Shown: piece by piece, positions 26,751 through 39,775 of the stretch | How the letters are laid out: every line of letters starts with the position of its first letter | How positions within the stretch are numbered: the first letter of the stretch is position 1 | Assembly (NCBI GenBank): GCA_964016885.1 | Contig: OZ024743.1 | Coordinates: 215,512,001 to 215,576,000 of the forward strand | Direction: 5' to 3' | Origin: Eledone cirrhosa | Taxonomy: Eukaryota | Length of the DNA stretch: 64,000 nucleotides | Position numbers and translations under genes: made by a program | The notes under the pieces: model-generated | Databases searched by the model: none | Told to the model about the DNA's origin: nothing | The model's input: the letters and a program-made list of their open reading frames with translations, nothing else

Positions 26751-26965
26751 TTGGCAGTTTCGGTGGAGCGTCGAATAATATACTTTACGACATAGAGTTA
26801 CGGCGCTTAATGTTCTGAGTTCAAATCACGGCAAGATTAGATAGCTGTTCATGTTTACGGATTCGATAACATAAATTACAAGTAACGGTCTGAGGCCGAT
26901 TTCATCGACCCTCCCATCCTCCCAAATTGCTAGCCATGTGCCTATTGTAGAAATCATTATTATTA
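26751..26965 (+). mobile_element. Short tRNA-derived SINE (abundant family in this window)
   Basis: A-box-like tggcag...ggtggag, B-box gagttcaaatc, tail tgtgcct..tgtagaaa(tta)n. Confidence 0.7.
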
Positions 26966-27079
26966 TATTTTTTATTTGGGCTGTCAAGAGAGATGTGAAT
27001 ATCGATCCGTAAGTTGTGTGAATTTTGAGGTCTTTACTTTTTGATCCTGGTTATACTTTTCTTACCAACTGTTGATAAG

Positions 27080-27700
27080 GTGTCAGTCATTCGGAGTGGG
27101 TCCTGCCGTCGACCAAGGCGAACTCACGAGTCAGTTCCGGAGGACCTACGAGCCGAGGACTATAGATAACGTCTTGGGCAGTGCTACCGGGCAACACTGC
27201 GGGTTCGAGATAAACTCTACAAGAACGGAAATGCTGTCAGACGGATATGCCCAAGATGCGCGCAGAGCCTCGAATCCGTTCTGCAAGTACTAGTCCAGTG
27301 TCAATGAATTACTCACAAACAGCTGTTCTTGCGTGTATGCCCGGCTTTCGCGAAAGGCAGGCAATTTTCCTCTGTTGGTGGTTTTAGGGAATAGTGCTTT
27401 TTGATGGTGGACCAGGTTCAAAGGACTGGAGACAGAAACACTCCTCTTCGGGCAATCTCTCATCGACCTTTTCAAATTTCACTTGGAAAGGAAGGTGAGG
27501 GTCGAGAGAGAGGAGTTGCCACATCCCAGTACATTTGCTAAAAGATAGGTGAATGGGGCGAGAATGGCCCGTGTGAATAGGCCTCTGATCATGCACCTGT
27601 AAGCTGCTTAATTTGCGGAGGAGAGGGGTGCACCTCCCGGGTGCCCTCGATGCTTCGAGTGGTTCACGATTGGTGGGAGAAGAGAGTCGTCCCAGGGTTT
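27080..27700 (-). mobile_element. Decayed gag/ORF1-like fragment with CCHC zinc-knuckle remnants
   Basis: GC-richer island. The minus-strand translation gives ..CFCLQSFEPGPPSKS.. and ..AKAGHTRKNSC.., resembling tandem knuckles. Confidence 0.4.
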
Positions 27701-30028
27701 TTATCTCCCCTATTAGGAATATAATTTGCTACAATTTTATTGTTAGTCTTTTATTATTATATATATGTTTTAACAAGTTAATATACATAAAACGCCTAGT
27801 CCCTTTCTCTGTATTGCCCCTTATATGTCGGCCCGTGTGGACCAATAAAGGAAACTATTATTAATATTATTATCAGTTTGCCCTTAGCAATTTACATCAT
27901 AATGAATCTAATTGTGAATTTGGTGGCATTGTCTAGTCAAATTGTATTATTGTATTGTACATTCTATGTGAAATTCCATCGTGGTGACACTTTCCAATGC
28001 CCATAACATTTATTCCGACCCGTTTCATATCCATGTTTCGGAGTACGGCGGTTGGCAGTTGCATCCTTGTCCCCATCGACAGTAACAAATGCATGGGATT
28101 TGTGATTTGTATGTATCTACTCCTTTCTTTCTTCCTCTGCAACATCTCCGATTGTGTGTTTGCGAGAATGGTATGCATATGTACTCATACATGTGACCGT
28201 CTTTACATTTGTGTGTATGCATCATCACGTACAAACCCACGTACCCCTACACAATTAACCCCGAATTAGCCCCGTTAAAACCACCCCCTTTTCTGCTCAC
28301 GTTAATGCAAAAATGCTAAAATATAACTAACACATAACTATCAATATATAAAGATTAAACTTACCACAACAGTCAGAGATTTATGCACATAAAACACACT
28401 ATAGCTCCCCGTTGCTTATCTCCCTTCCGATAAAACATCGAAGCGTTAGAATCGTTCAGAATTTTTCACGTTTCGAGATGGTTAATCACAATATGTACTT
28501 TCTCTCATGTCTAAATAATTTACGATTTCCTTCTGTTCTCACTCTCATACATACTCCTATTTCTTTTTCCCACTCCCACTCATCCTCTATATTCTCTCTC
28601 ACTCTCTCATTCTAGCACCGCATTAATGGCCTCAACGTTAAGAATGCTTTCTTAGTTTACACTCTATTGATTTGTTTTTCAATACACACATGACCATATA
28701 TATATGTATAATATTTAGAACGATCTATTTTGTCATTCTCGAGGAGAACATTTTATTTTAATTGTGTTTGTATAGTTTCATCTATTTTGTATTCGGGTAT
28801 ATTTCATTATTAAAATATTTGTAGGGTGTGAAAGTCACAAAGCCTTCTTGCTGGATCTTTGTTTGAACAAAGGAAAATTAGTTTCTTCGTGTGAGACATG
28901 ACGGAAGAAAGATTGAATTTTTATGATTTAGAGAATCGGCATTCTATGTAATTATATCACAAGAAAAAGAACAGTGTATGAATGGTAAATGTTGCGGATT
29001 ACATATTGCACAATACTATTGGATTGACTCTTATTGGAATTATGTGTGTGTAAATTTATATGTTTGATCAAATGAATTATTCATGGTTTAAGAGCAATTT
29101 ATTCAAAATTCTATATATTTTATTTGCGAAAATAAAAGTTCAGACGTTTTGCAAATATAGTTCATAGAAGATATTGGTTAAAATAAACCCACTAACTTAA
29201 ACCCATTTAAATTGTTCGGCGTGAGTAATTTTCCTTATTAGAAATGTTTACTAAAGTAATTATGCTGTAAAGCTGCTCTATCAAACGTAAGTATATAGAT
29301 TTCCGTGAGAGTGACTTACCAGTTTGCAATTACTTATTTGTAATACGATAAATAGCATTTAATGCTTTTCTAAGTGACTTATTAATACATCTGTTGTTTA
29401 CTCGATGTATTGACCTGAAACACATATACATCCTATTTTGTATGATTTTGCATACATTGTTTTTCATATATATACATTTCGTTTCGCCAACCAAACAAAA
29501 CACGTGACTAAATGTGCTTTGTTTAAAATTATGCATATTATTTCATTAACAATATACGCAAATACATTGTGTAACATATTTGGTTATTAAATATGCATCT
29601 ACAGCATATTTATTAGTATATAAAAGAACACATGCACTCAGAGTGCGCATTGCCTATATGATAAAGAATAGTAAATTAATGTCTCGTGAGGGAAAGAAGT
29701 GAATTTATTATATATTTATATATATATTGACACAGATAGAAACACAATTTGTTTTTTAGACAAATATTGTCTAGTTCTTAATTTCATAAATTATGTATTA
29801 TAAATTATTATCCCGATATTGTAATCTACTGCACACGTGTCTTGACTTAAGAAAAAGAAATCTTTCCCCAGCTAATTGCATTACAATTTAGTTTTAATCT
29901 TGACGTTTTCTTTAATATTTTTCGTTACATGTATACACTTTCTATTTTTCTCTCAATCTGGTATTTTAGTTAAACTATATTTATTTTGCCTTTCACGCAT
30001 CTATTTTCAAATCTTCATTGTTCTACGC

Positions 30029-30130
<102 letters not shown>

Positions 30131-30959
30131 ATCTCTGCCTCTCTCTCTCTCTCTCTTAATCTCTCTCTCTTAATCTCTCTATATATGTGCGTGTGTGTGT
30201 GTATGTATGCGTGTACGTATGTTTCTTTGTGAGTGCGTTTGTGTATGTTCATATATAAATCTTAGCTAATCGTTCTACCCATGTATTCTTTAATCTGCAA
30301 CATTATCTTTATTTTCATATGATACTAGTTCGTGAGTTACTATAAAACTCTGTAGTAGATTAATTTTTATTTCATTTCCCTTTTTTTCATTTCGTTTTAC
30401 TTCGTCATCCTGTTGTATCTTATTAAATATAACTAATATACTTCGTCTCCATTTTGGATGAGCTTTTTAATCCTACAGTGTAATCCTATATGCCCCTCCT
30501 GTCATTTGTCCATCCTTGATCGAATTCCAGGATTTTTCAAGTATTCACTCGACTGCTAATTATAGTTATGATTATCCATACATTACTACTACACCCCCTC
30601 GTCGATATACGTTGGTCCTTTTTTATTTCTGTAACGTTTCATATTTATCTACCCTCTGTTTATTTTTTACCCACAAATTGCACATCATTGCTAAAAAATA
30701 TACAGAATTGATCTCGCATGTAACTGACAAATATTATAATCAGTATATAATTCTATCTAATATGAAATCTCTTTTATTTCTTTTATATAAATTAACAGAC
30801 ACGCATATGTGTGTGAATGTGCGCGCGCACATTCACACACATATACACATGCACATATATATATATATAGACAATTGATGAGGATGTTATTGATTTCTTC
30901 GGATTCTCACTGCATTTTAAGTTACCTTAAAAGCAACTACACAGCCATTTCTATTCTCT

Positions 30960-31478
30960 ATATATTTCATCGTTTTCGCTGTGAGCATTCTTCTCTCCCC
31001 TTCTATCTACCTATTTCGTCAGTTTTTACTCTCACCCCTTTTTCTTCCACCCCCCTCTCCCTATCTACTCTTACCCTACTTTCTCCTTCTCACTTTGACC
31101 CCTTCGCCTGACCGTTTAGCAGTTCTCTTCTCACTTACAACTGCGACGATCAAACGTGTGTCTTTTTTCTCTCGACCACTCAGTCTTGAACTTAAGTTCT
31201 CTTATCGAGTGGTGTTGGATTTCCTTACCTTAAGTTGCTCGCACATTGCTCGGTTTGTTGTTTTTTTTCGCAGTTTTTTTTACTGTTTTCTCTTTTCTCC
31301 CCTTTTGCTTTCCTTCGCTTCCTCCTCCGTTTTCCCAATAAATTATCCAGTTATCCAGTTATTGACACACTATATTGTCTTTAAAGAGTAGACATATCCG
31401 AGACCTCCAGTAGACAACTGATAAGGAAACCCCCACCCGTTCTTGCTTTCTTCGTATTCCCACTGCATATTAAGTTAC
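30960..31478 (+). mobile_element. Diverged relative of the 25.2 kb / 60.2 kb non-coding element
   Basis: Pyrimidine-rich body followed by the shared structured motif and (TA)n. Confidence 0.55.
31336..31430 (+). ncRNA. Degenerate copy of the candidate rearranged hammerhead
   Basis: caataa..ttattg hairpin, acac/gagt, tata|TTGTCT..GACA..AGACAA-CTGATAA. Stem I is compensated, the core is mutated, and the kink-turn part is not recognisable. Confidence 0.45.
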
Positions 31479-31509
<31 letters not shown>

Positions 31510-31593
31510 ATGTGTGGGGCGTGGGGGTGGGGGTGTGACTGCTTATTTACATAAAAGAAATAAAAGAGATATCATATTACATAGAATTATATA

Positions 31594-32340
31594 TTGATTG
31601 TAGTGTTTGTCAGTTACATTGAAGATACCAGAACTAGAAATGTAATTTGGTATTCACTTCCAATATCATTAGGAATTAAGATATCTTTAGCACACCAATT
31701 CTTTAAAGCTCTAGATAAATGTTTTCAAAAGTCCCACAAGCACCCCTCCAATGTTAACTGGGATACATTCAAGCTCTCTTACTCTCCAACTATGAATGTA
31801 ACCCAGAATATGGCAAAAATTAATAATAGGAATTTAAAAGTAAACCTAACTGAAGTAAACACAAGTAATAATAACAATGTAATTAATAGCATTAGAAATA
31901 ATAATAATAGCGAGTACATGAATAATAACATGGTATCTTCAAATAACAATTTAAGAAAATGTAATTGCAGGAATTACATCTTATGCCCACTACAGAATAA
32001 TTGCCTAGATAGAAATTTAGTATACAAATGCACCATAAAAACTAGGGATAAGCTCTATATAGGAGCAACTTCTGCAGACTTTAAACGATCGGATAAAGAA
32101 TTCTCAACCAACTATCACAACTAAGTTGGACTTTAAAAGACAATAACACTGACTATTCAATCTCCTGGAGAAAAAATTCGAATGCGCCAGTTTACCAAAA
32201 CTCGGCACTCTCACGAATTTGTGAACTTTGTATTAAAGAAATCTTTCATATAATTACCAATCCTAGTAATATTATTAACAAAAAAAAAGGAAATATTTAA
32301 TTCTTGCTTGGTTCTCCAGGACATTTTACAATGTTTATAA
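31594..32340 (+). pseudogene. PLE C-terminal fragment (linker + GIY-YIG)
   Basis: RNVIWYSLP, KLSYSPT.N, CNCRNYILCPLQNNCL..NLVYKC..LYIGATSADFKR, downstream CELC. Confidence 0.85.
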
Positions 32341-33058
32341 TCTATAGAACCTACTATATTATGGTATATATAAGTTGCCTATTTATAATATAAATACAAT
32401 TACTATTTAAACTTAATACATAGAAATATTTATTATACAATGTAAAAAATATTATCAACACCATATTTATTGCATGGTGCTCCCAAATCTTATATAAATT
32501 ATTTACTTTTAATATAAATTATAATTAATAATTATGGTAAACATTAGATGAAACAATATATTATTAAATGTCTATCGTAAGCATACCTTTAACATTTTCA
32601 TTAAAATAATAAGTACTAGAGTTACCTCCCCAACAATTAACATATTTCAACTCGCATAACAGTTTAAATATTATATTACTAACTATATGCAATAATAGAT
32701 TATACCATAATACTGTACATTTTTACTGAAAAAATATAATTACTTACACATTCTTAATATATATGTATAACATATATATATATAGTTACCTGATTTCTCT
32801 TACGCTCATTTATAAATCTATGTATATATATATATATACTTAAATAAAATCTATATTCACGTATAATCATTTATGTACTAAATAATTATTTATTACTTTT
32901 TAATTAACGATATATAATAATGTATTCTAATATACTACAATACATTATATTTATAATTGCAATCATAGTATTAAAATATATGCTAAAAAATAAATACGAT
33001 GTGTAAATACGATATATATTCAATCTCATAACCATATTAATATTATATCGTTATATAA

Positions 33059-33403
33059 GTATGTATACGTACATACATATATGTATACAGAGAAACAGTC
33101 GTATCTATATATATACATACATGCACACATATATATGTATGTACGTATGGATTTACTGAACATTTATTATAATGCTCGGTTTGTTTGTAAACAAAGATCC
33201 CTAATTAAGCCGTACAGTGTTTAGCAGCCATCGTTGCCCTTCTGTCAACACTGACAAAGGGACGATGTACTAGTTTCAAGCTTATTAGCTATCGTCAGTA
33301 CCGTATACATTCCTGTGGAGATGATTGAAAGTATATACTTTCCTGATGCATATTAACGGCTGAGCAGCCTAATTTGCTTATCGAGTGAGTTAATCGGCCG
33401 GGT
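33059..33403 (-). mobile_element. Diverged solo copy of the 6.4-9.5 kb array unit, including hammerhead (33262-33304)
   Basis: The minus strand reads acggta-CTGACGA-tagctaataagctt-GAAA-CTAG-TA-catcgt. It also retains gaaagtatatactttc and gcaaattaggctgctcagccgttaa. Confidence 0.85.
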
Positions 33404-33643
33404 TATCTTTGGGTGTACATATCTATAACTAACTTTAAGATAACTCTACAATTCAACCTATAATAGCAACCCCATAAACATTATAAATAAGTTTTTTTTT
33501 TCAATTTATCAAGTGTCTAAATTTAACGGCTCTTTTGAGGTTTAGGTTATTCTTGAGCTTTGAATTTTTCAATCTCTATCTACATTGGACGTATACCATT
33601 AAGTTCACATGAAGATATGTCACCATCTTAACACCAAATATTA

Positions 33644-33750
33644 TAGTTTATCTGACGAAAGCGTAATTAAATATTAGTACCCTTGAAATACTTATGATAA
33701 AATAAATATACTTTTATAAAGATATTTTCCATTTATTAATATTTTTAATA
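33644..33750 (+). ncRNA. Degenerate type I hammerhead in PLE-type terminal repeat
   Basis: tttat-CTGACGA(33652)..GAAA(33685)-tacttatg-ataaa. Same family as the 22.1 kb copy. Confidence 0.45.
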
Positions 33751-34096
33751 TATATATATTTAAAATGAAGCAAAAATAATGTTAACAACTTAAATCTATT
33801 CCTTCATTTCTACATACGTTCCTATACAAGTGATAATGGTACATGTATATGTAAACAATACGTTAATAGGAAACACTTAATTAGCAAACCGTAATACAAA
33901 TAACATCCGCATATCATTGGGAATTATAAAAAGGATTACAGTTTAACCAAATATAAATTATAAGAACAGGTACGATAATACATTTTGGACGTTGGCAAGC
34001 ATATAACGAAGAACGTATGTGACGTAATTTTAACTTGCAAATTTGTACAAAAATTGTGTATATCAGTTGAGTTAAAAAGGCAACACTTCATTATTA

Positions 34097-34259
34097 TTGG
34101 ATTGACAGTATCAGTAGAGTGTCGGACGTCATGCTTTCCAGCATAGTTACGTCCCTTTATGATCTGAGTTCGGCGGGATTTGAACTCAGGTCATAAATGT
34201 CCGTAACTCTATGTTGCAAAGCATCGTGTCCGTCCCTCTACCGATACTGCCAATCCACC
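34097..34259. mobile_element. Two SINE 5' halves joined tail-to-tail (imperfect palindrome)
   Basis: 34097-34172 on plus and 34173-34259 on minus, both matching the SINE head up to the B box. Confidence 0.75.
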
Positions 34260-34384
34260 TATTTTGGCTAAGTAATAAACATAGAATGAAGTGTTAAAAC
34301 AAGAATCGAAGCGAAATTAGTCCAGAGGCCGACGTAATAATTAATTTTCACGTAAATTGACATACAATATGTAGCAAACATACT

Positions 34385-34681
34385 CAGCATAGAGCTATTG
34401 CCCTTTAAGTTATGATTTCAAATCCGCCGAGGTTAACTTTGCCTTTCATCCTCACGGGGTCGATAAAATAAATCAACAATAATGCACTGGGGTAATTGCT
34501 GGCCTTGTGCCAAAAGTAGAATCATTATTAATGTTAATTAGATCGGTGGTGGATTGGTAGAGGATCGGACGCCATGCTTTGCAGCATAGAGTTACGCCCC
34601 TTCATGATCTGTGTTTAAATCCCGCCGAGGATAACTTTGCTTTTCATCCTTACGGGGTCGATAAAATAAAGTACCAGTAAC
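34385..34681 (+). mobile_element. Two tandem SINE copies (34385-34530, 34545-34681)
   Basis: aaatcc(c)gccgagg..aactttgc.tttcatcct.acggggtcgataaaataaa. Confidence 0.8.
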
Positions 34682-34989
34682 GTACATATTGTATAATGTC
34701 ATTTTAATATAATTTTATTTTATTATTTTATTATTTATGTAATTAAAACACGGCCAGGTAAATCATTACACTTGTGAATTAGGGATGTATAACATGAGGC
34801 ATTGTTGCTATTAAAATGAGGTTTGTCTGCTAGGTTTATAGTTAATATACCTCTATATTGCACGTCATTCCAGATTATAGTACAAATACACCCACACACA
34901 TTTTGGGAAATATAAATATACACACTCCTAAACCTACACACAACCACACAACCAAATGCATAAAGGCGTATCTATATATGCGGATATAA

Positions 34990-35400
34990 CACATATTCAG
35001 TTCACAACTTTATTATTAGTGTCAATAGTTATTGTGAGATTATATTCCTTAAAGAATCTATAAAAAGGTGTTTTATTTACCTCAATGTTTCTGCTATTCC
35101 TGCTAATAGTGAAGAGACAATCCTCAGAATATTGGCGCCTTTCGAAGGATGGAAAATTGCATTTTAGTTTATTTAATAAGGAAATAGCCACTAAATCGGT
35201 GATTTTAGCAGACTCACTTGAACCTATATAATGTCGAAAATCAGGTCCAAAGTCATCTATCAAACTCAGTTATTTCCTAATAATATCAATGTTAGCCCAA
35301 GCACTTTTTGCCGTAACGAAGGCCATATTTATGAGATTAGGGTAGATAGAGAATTAATAACTATTTATATCGAATTGTATACAGTTTAATTTTTTTTTTA
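34990..35400 (-). pseudogene. PLE reverse transcriptase fragment
   Basis: IQFDI..., IGSSESAKITDLVAISLL, YSEDCL and YNLTITI...VVN are homologous to the 15.8-16.2 kb PLE RT. Confidence 0.7.
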
Positions 35401-35629
35401 CACTGAATCAATATATATTTTCCATATCTGCCCATGCTTTTTTTGCGTTATTGTATTTTTATTTCTTCTTATACATGCCTCTTTATCAGTTTTATGGCAA
35501 TCTATATCTTGCGGCTGTAACATTTGTTGTTTTGTTAAACCTGCCATTACTACGCCAATATTTACAATATTACGATGATTTTATTCACATTCAAACATGA
35601 AAAGGAAGACGTCGCCACATTCAAACATA

Positions 35630-35798
35630 CTGTACTTCCCGGCGTCAAATACGCTACCTTTTTCCTATAAGAAGTCTCAGATATCTACCATGCGTCCTGG
35701 AGGCGAAGCTTGTTTATTTTTTTATTTTTCAAATTTTTGGTGGTCAAAATTAGGGTGCGTCGTCGAGGACCAAGCGACTTCGGCGCCGGGAAATACGG
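35630..35798. mobile_element. Tc1/mariner-pogo type MITE
   Basis: TIRs ctgtacttcccggcgtc / ggcgccgggaaatacgg, flanked by TA on both sides. Confidence 0.7.
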
Positions 35799-36287
35799 TA
35801 TGTTTAAAACGATTGTGAATATAAAAGACAAATTTGTTTATACTTTGGTGGTCGTTAAATATAAGCTAATATCAGGTAGTTGAATATAGATGAAATAAGA
35901 ATTAAGATAAGTGAGACAAGCAATGCTCCATATTTCTAAATTATTTACGACTTAAAAGATTAGTTTAATTTATAATGTATAACAGACTTATTAAAACAAG
36001 GTTCTCTACTTTCCAATAACCTTTTTGTCTTTCTGTTAAAATTTTACGTATTCAAATTTAATCTTCATTCAATTTCCATGTCTTGCTATTTTCTATTCGG
36101 TTTTATTTTAAGGTTCTTAGGCTTACTATATTTCTTCTTTTAATTTCTTCGCTCAACCTAAAGAGTTTATATTATCATAATCAATAGCCAGACATTCTTG
36201 CTTAAACAAAGTGTTCCGATTTGATCATGATACAATTATGACGCTATGTACGTCAATCGTTTGCGTGCCTGAAACCTATATGGATAT

Positions 36288-37312
36288 GTTTTTTTTTTGT
36301 TTTTTTTTTCTAGAGAAAAGATTAAGTATTTCAATACGTGATTAATCCGGCGGACAGAATGGAGAAGGCGTTTCCCCGGAGGACGTCAAGGGAGACGCGC
36401 TGGAAAAGCCACTCCAACTCGCGGGGCTCACACCTGCGTCTGGCCAGCTCATCGCCTATGGTGGTGAGTAAGGAGGTAGCCCTGGGGCCGAGGACACCAG
36501 AAGTTTCCACTGCCAGGGGAACGACCGCAAACCTGTCGGAGAGCGACCGGTATTTGAGGAGTTTGGCCCCCTCAGCCCGACGTGCAGCAGAAGCTGGATC
36601 AGTCGCAGACTGCACCAGGTTGCGGCTGCAAAAGTGTCGGTGCAAGTGGCATCCCAGGGGTTTGCCACCGCGGAACAAGAAGATGGTCATGCCATCTGGC
36701 CTTTTGCCGTCCCCTCGATCCAGCCCCACCGGCTCGAGCTGGTAAGGGAAGCCTGCAGCGTCCAAGCCATGCTTAATGACCTCGTTGAGGGCAGTATGGC
36801 GTGCAATGCGGCCGGCACTGTGGCGACAGGAAAGCGGGTGGAGGCCGAAAGAGTCCACGGTGGAACCGCAGCGACATTGGTGTGGCTGGCAGATCCGGAG
36901 GCCGAGCCTCAGGGAAACGCCGATTCGCAGGCTATGGTTGTCTAGCTGCGTGCCAGTGGAGAAGGAGGGCAGAACATGGAGCCAAGCACCACTGTGGGGT
37001 TTGGAGGCCGCACGAAAACAAGCAAGGCGGTGCTAGTCGAGCTGGCGCGTAAGCCTGTCTGAGGCCAGGCTGCACTGGATGGCATCCGAACTGCGTTGTG
37101 GGGACTTGACGTCAACAGGGGAAGAAGTAGGAGGGACTTCTACTGGGCTAAATCGCAGTCTGTCCCACGTCTCACAGGTGGCCTCACGTTCTCTGAACAC
37201 AGAGGGTTCTGTTGTGTTTTGAAGAACCCTGCCGACGAGGAGGCGGCACGAGGCTACCGACGAAAGATACGCCGGCAAAGCTAGTGAGATCGGGGATCGT
37301 AGGTCTAGGCCA
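36288..37312 (-). mobile_element. CRE-clade-like non-LTR retrotransposon, 5'-truncated (zinc knuckle + restriction-like endonuclease)
   Basis: HSGAWL, CRCGSTVDSFGLHPLSC, RHTALN, KRPDG, WDATC, KY, PLAVETSG. GC-rich island; an A-rich tail on minus at ~36288-36309. Confidence 0.85.
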
Positions 37313-38624
37313 TTAATCTTAGTCCGTATGCTTCAAACTCTTTTATATAATAGTGCCCTATGTTTAGTTTTATTTTGTACCTTATAAACAAACTTATACA
37401 ATGATTAAGAGTAGCTGAATTCACTTCTCGTAAGTAACACATCTGGACATGTCCATTAAATAACTAGACTAATAAGCATCGACACTATTTTTCATGGTAG
37501 GAAATGTTTATTTTCGATAACAGAAAATTGAACATTTAAATATGTATAATTAATATTGATTGTTATCTTTAAGGGTATTGCGCACTCACGATTTCTCAAG
37601 ATAATTTGATATGTGTAATTATCTTGTTCATTGATCGTGTAAAATCATTCTTAAATGTGACGTAGGTTATATTATAATGAACAGGGTACTAGGTATATTT
37701 CGATTATACCTTGCTTTATATTTTCTGATTTATAAATACATTATATTTAGATTACACACACACACATACACACATATGTGTGTGTGTGTGTGTATGTGTG
37801 TGTGTGTGTATGTGTGTAAATGTTAATAATCTATCCTAATATAAGCATTCCAGAATCATGCTAACACAATAATTATAACTTCAAATTATACTCGTAAATG
37901 TTAAAAGAGAATACTGAGTATTTATTTTGCAATTTATTCTTATTGCTATACATAGATTACGTAATATAATTTAACAATACGCCGACAGTCGATTATTATT
38001 TCAATATATTGAAAACTTATAGAAGAACATTTTAGGCTACCGACTGAAATTGTATCCAAACGGATGCGATGTCTTCACTCTTACAGAATAAGATGAAATA
38101 GGTCATGACACAGAAAACAAAGAAAAATTCTAATTGAAATATTTTTAATTGTGACATCATATTAGTTTTTTTTGTATTATATACATTTTTATTTCATAAT
38201 GGATTTGTTACGTGAATACGAGAACGCATATATATGTGATAAATACATGCGTACTTATGGATATGTGTGTATGTGTGTATGTGTACGTATACACGAGGTC
38301 ATATGCAAACGAACGTTCATATATGTGCGCATATTTGTGAAAGTAAATCCTAATGTGAACATCTACATATGTACATATGTCTTCCTTGGGCAAACGGATA
38401 TAGGAGAGAACATATTTGCCTGAACGTATGTCTAGTTACAGAGTAAAATATTATAGACGTAAATATGTTAATCCATGATATAAACAACAGTCACATCATA
38501 CTTCTTTTTCATCTTATGCTTTTAATTGCTATCTGAATTAATATTGCAACTAATAGGAAAAATAGTTAAACATAATACATATTCGAAAATGTTTACCACA
38601 CTTACATATTTCCATTGTCGTTAG

Positions 38625-38812
38625 TGGATTGGCAGTATCTGTAGAGGGTCGGACGCCATGCTTTCCAGCATAGTTACGTCCCTTTATGATCTGAGTTCAA
38701 ATCCCGCCGAGGTTGACTTTACCTTTCATCCATAGGGGTCGATAAAATAAAGTACCAGTAATGCACTGGGTAATTGGTGGCCTTGTGCCTAAAAGTAGAA
38801 ACAGTTATTATT
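38625..38812 (+). mobile_element. Short tRNA-derived SINE, full copy
   Basis: ggattggcagtatctgtagag..gagttcaaatcccgccgagg..ggccttgtgcctaaaagtagaaa. Confidence 0.8.
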
Positions 38813-39589
38813 ATTACTACGTTTAGTTGTCCTTGTTAGCACTTGTGGCCAATAAAGAAACCATTATTACTATGTTTATTATTAGTATTATTATTTTTAT
38901 TTTCATTATTATTACTACTACGATAATTGTTATTAATATTTACATTGCCATTATTATTAGTAGTATGATCATTTCAGTTGAAAATGGAAATCAGGGTGGA
39001 GAGGGAGGTGCTGCTTTCCAACCAGTTTGTTGGAACGTGGGTGAGATAGGCAATAATAGCCCGTGTGAATAGGCTTTCCATGAGCGTGGGCCTGTAGTAT
39101 TGACAGAAGTCAACTGGTTGAGGGTCCTTGAGCTAGCGGTTAGGGTGACCGTAGCTTTATTTGAGCTGTTTATCTGTTCTTGTGACCTACGCCTCCGAGA
39201 GATTAATCACCGCTCCCATATGCACCTCGCGAGACAACATTGACAATTTTAATATATGAAACAGACAATGCCGAATAATTATGGTATGGACTTAATCCGT
39301 CTACTAAGAGATGAATATTATTTTATCATTTCGAAGATGCACTCTGATGAAATGTTATATACGGTGTTGTCTACTTTATGTATAACATGGTCAATTCTGT
39401 ATTGATAATTGAAACAGCGATAAATGTGAGATTAATGTTGAGGCCGTATGTATGTATTTGACGTCTCGGAGACAAGAATAATCAATAACGATGTCGAATT
39501 TAAATATTAATTTTATTAAGGCAAAATAGTGAGTCTTATTACGGAGTTTCGCCTGCTTAACCAGATAACCAGACGAAATTCCAAGGTAG

Positions 39590-39775
39590 CAAGTCTCAAT
39601 ATGTAGTTGAAGCCAGATGGGCCAGATGGGTCTAAGTCCAGCATATATGATTTGTTTTGGCTTCGTTTCTATGGCTGGATGTCCTTCTTAATGCCAACAA
39701 CTTTATAGTGTGTACTGGAAGCTTGGTTACCCTGGCTGGATGCTCTTCCTAATGCCAACCATTTTATAACAAGTA
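39590..39775 (-). mobile_element. Nin/Deu-domain-like SINE fragments
   Basis: Two copies of ggctggatg..cttc.taatgccaac (reverse complement gttggcatta.gaag..catccagcc). Confidence 0.45.
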
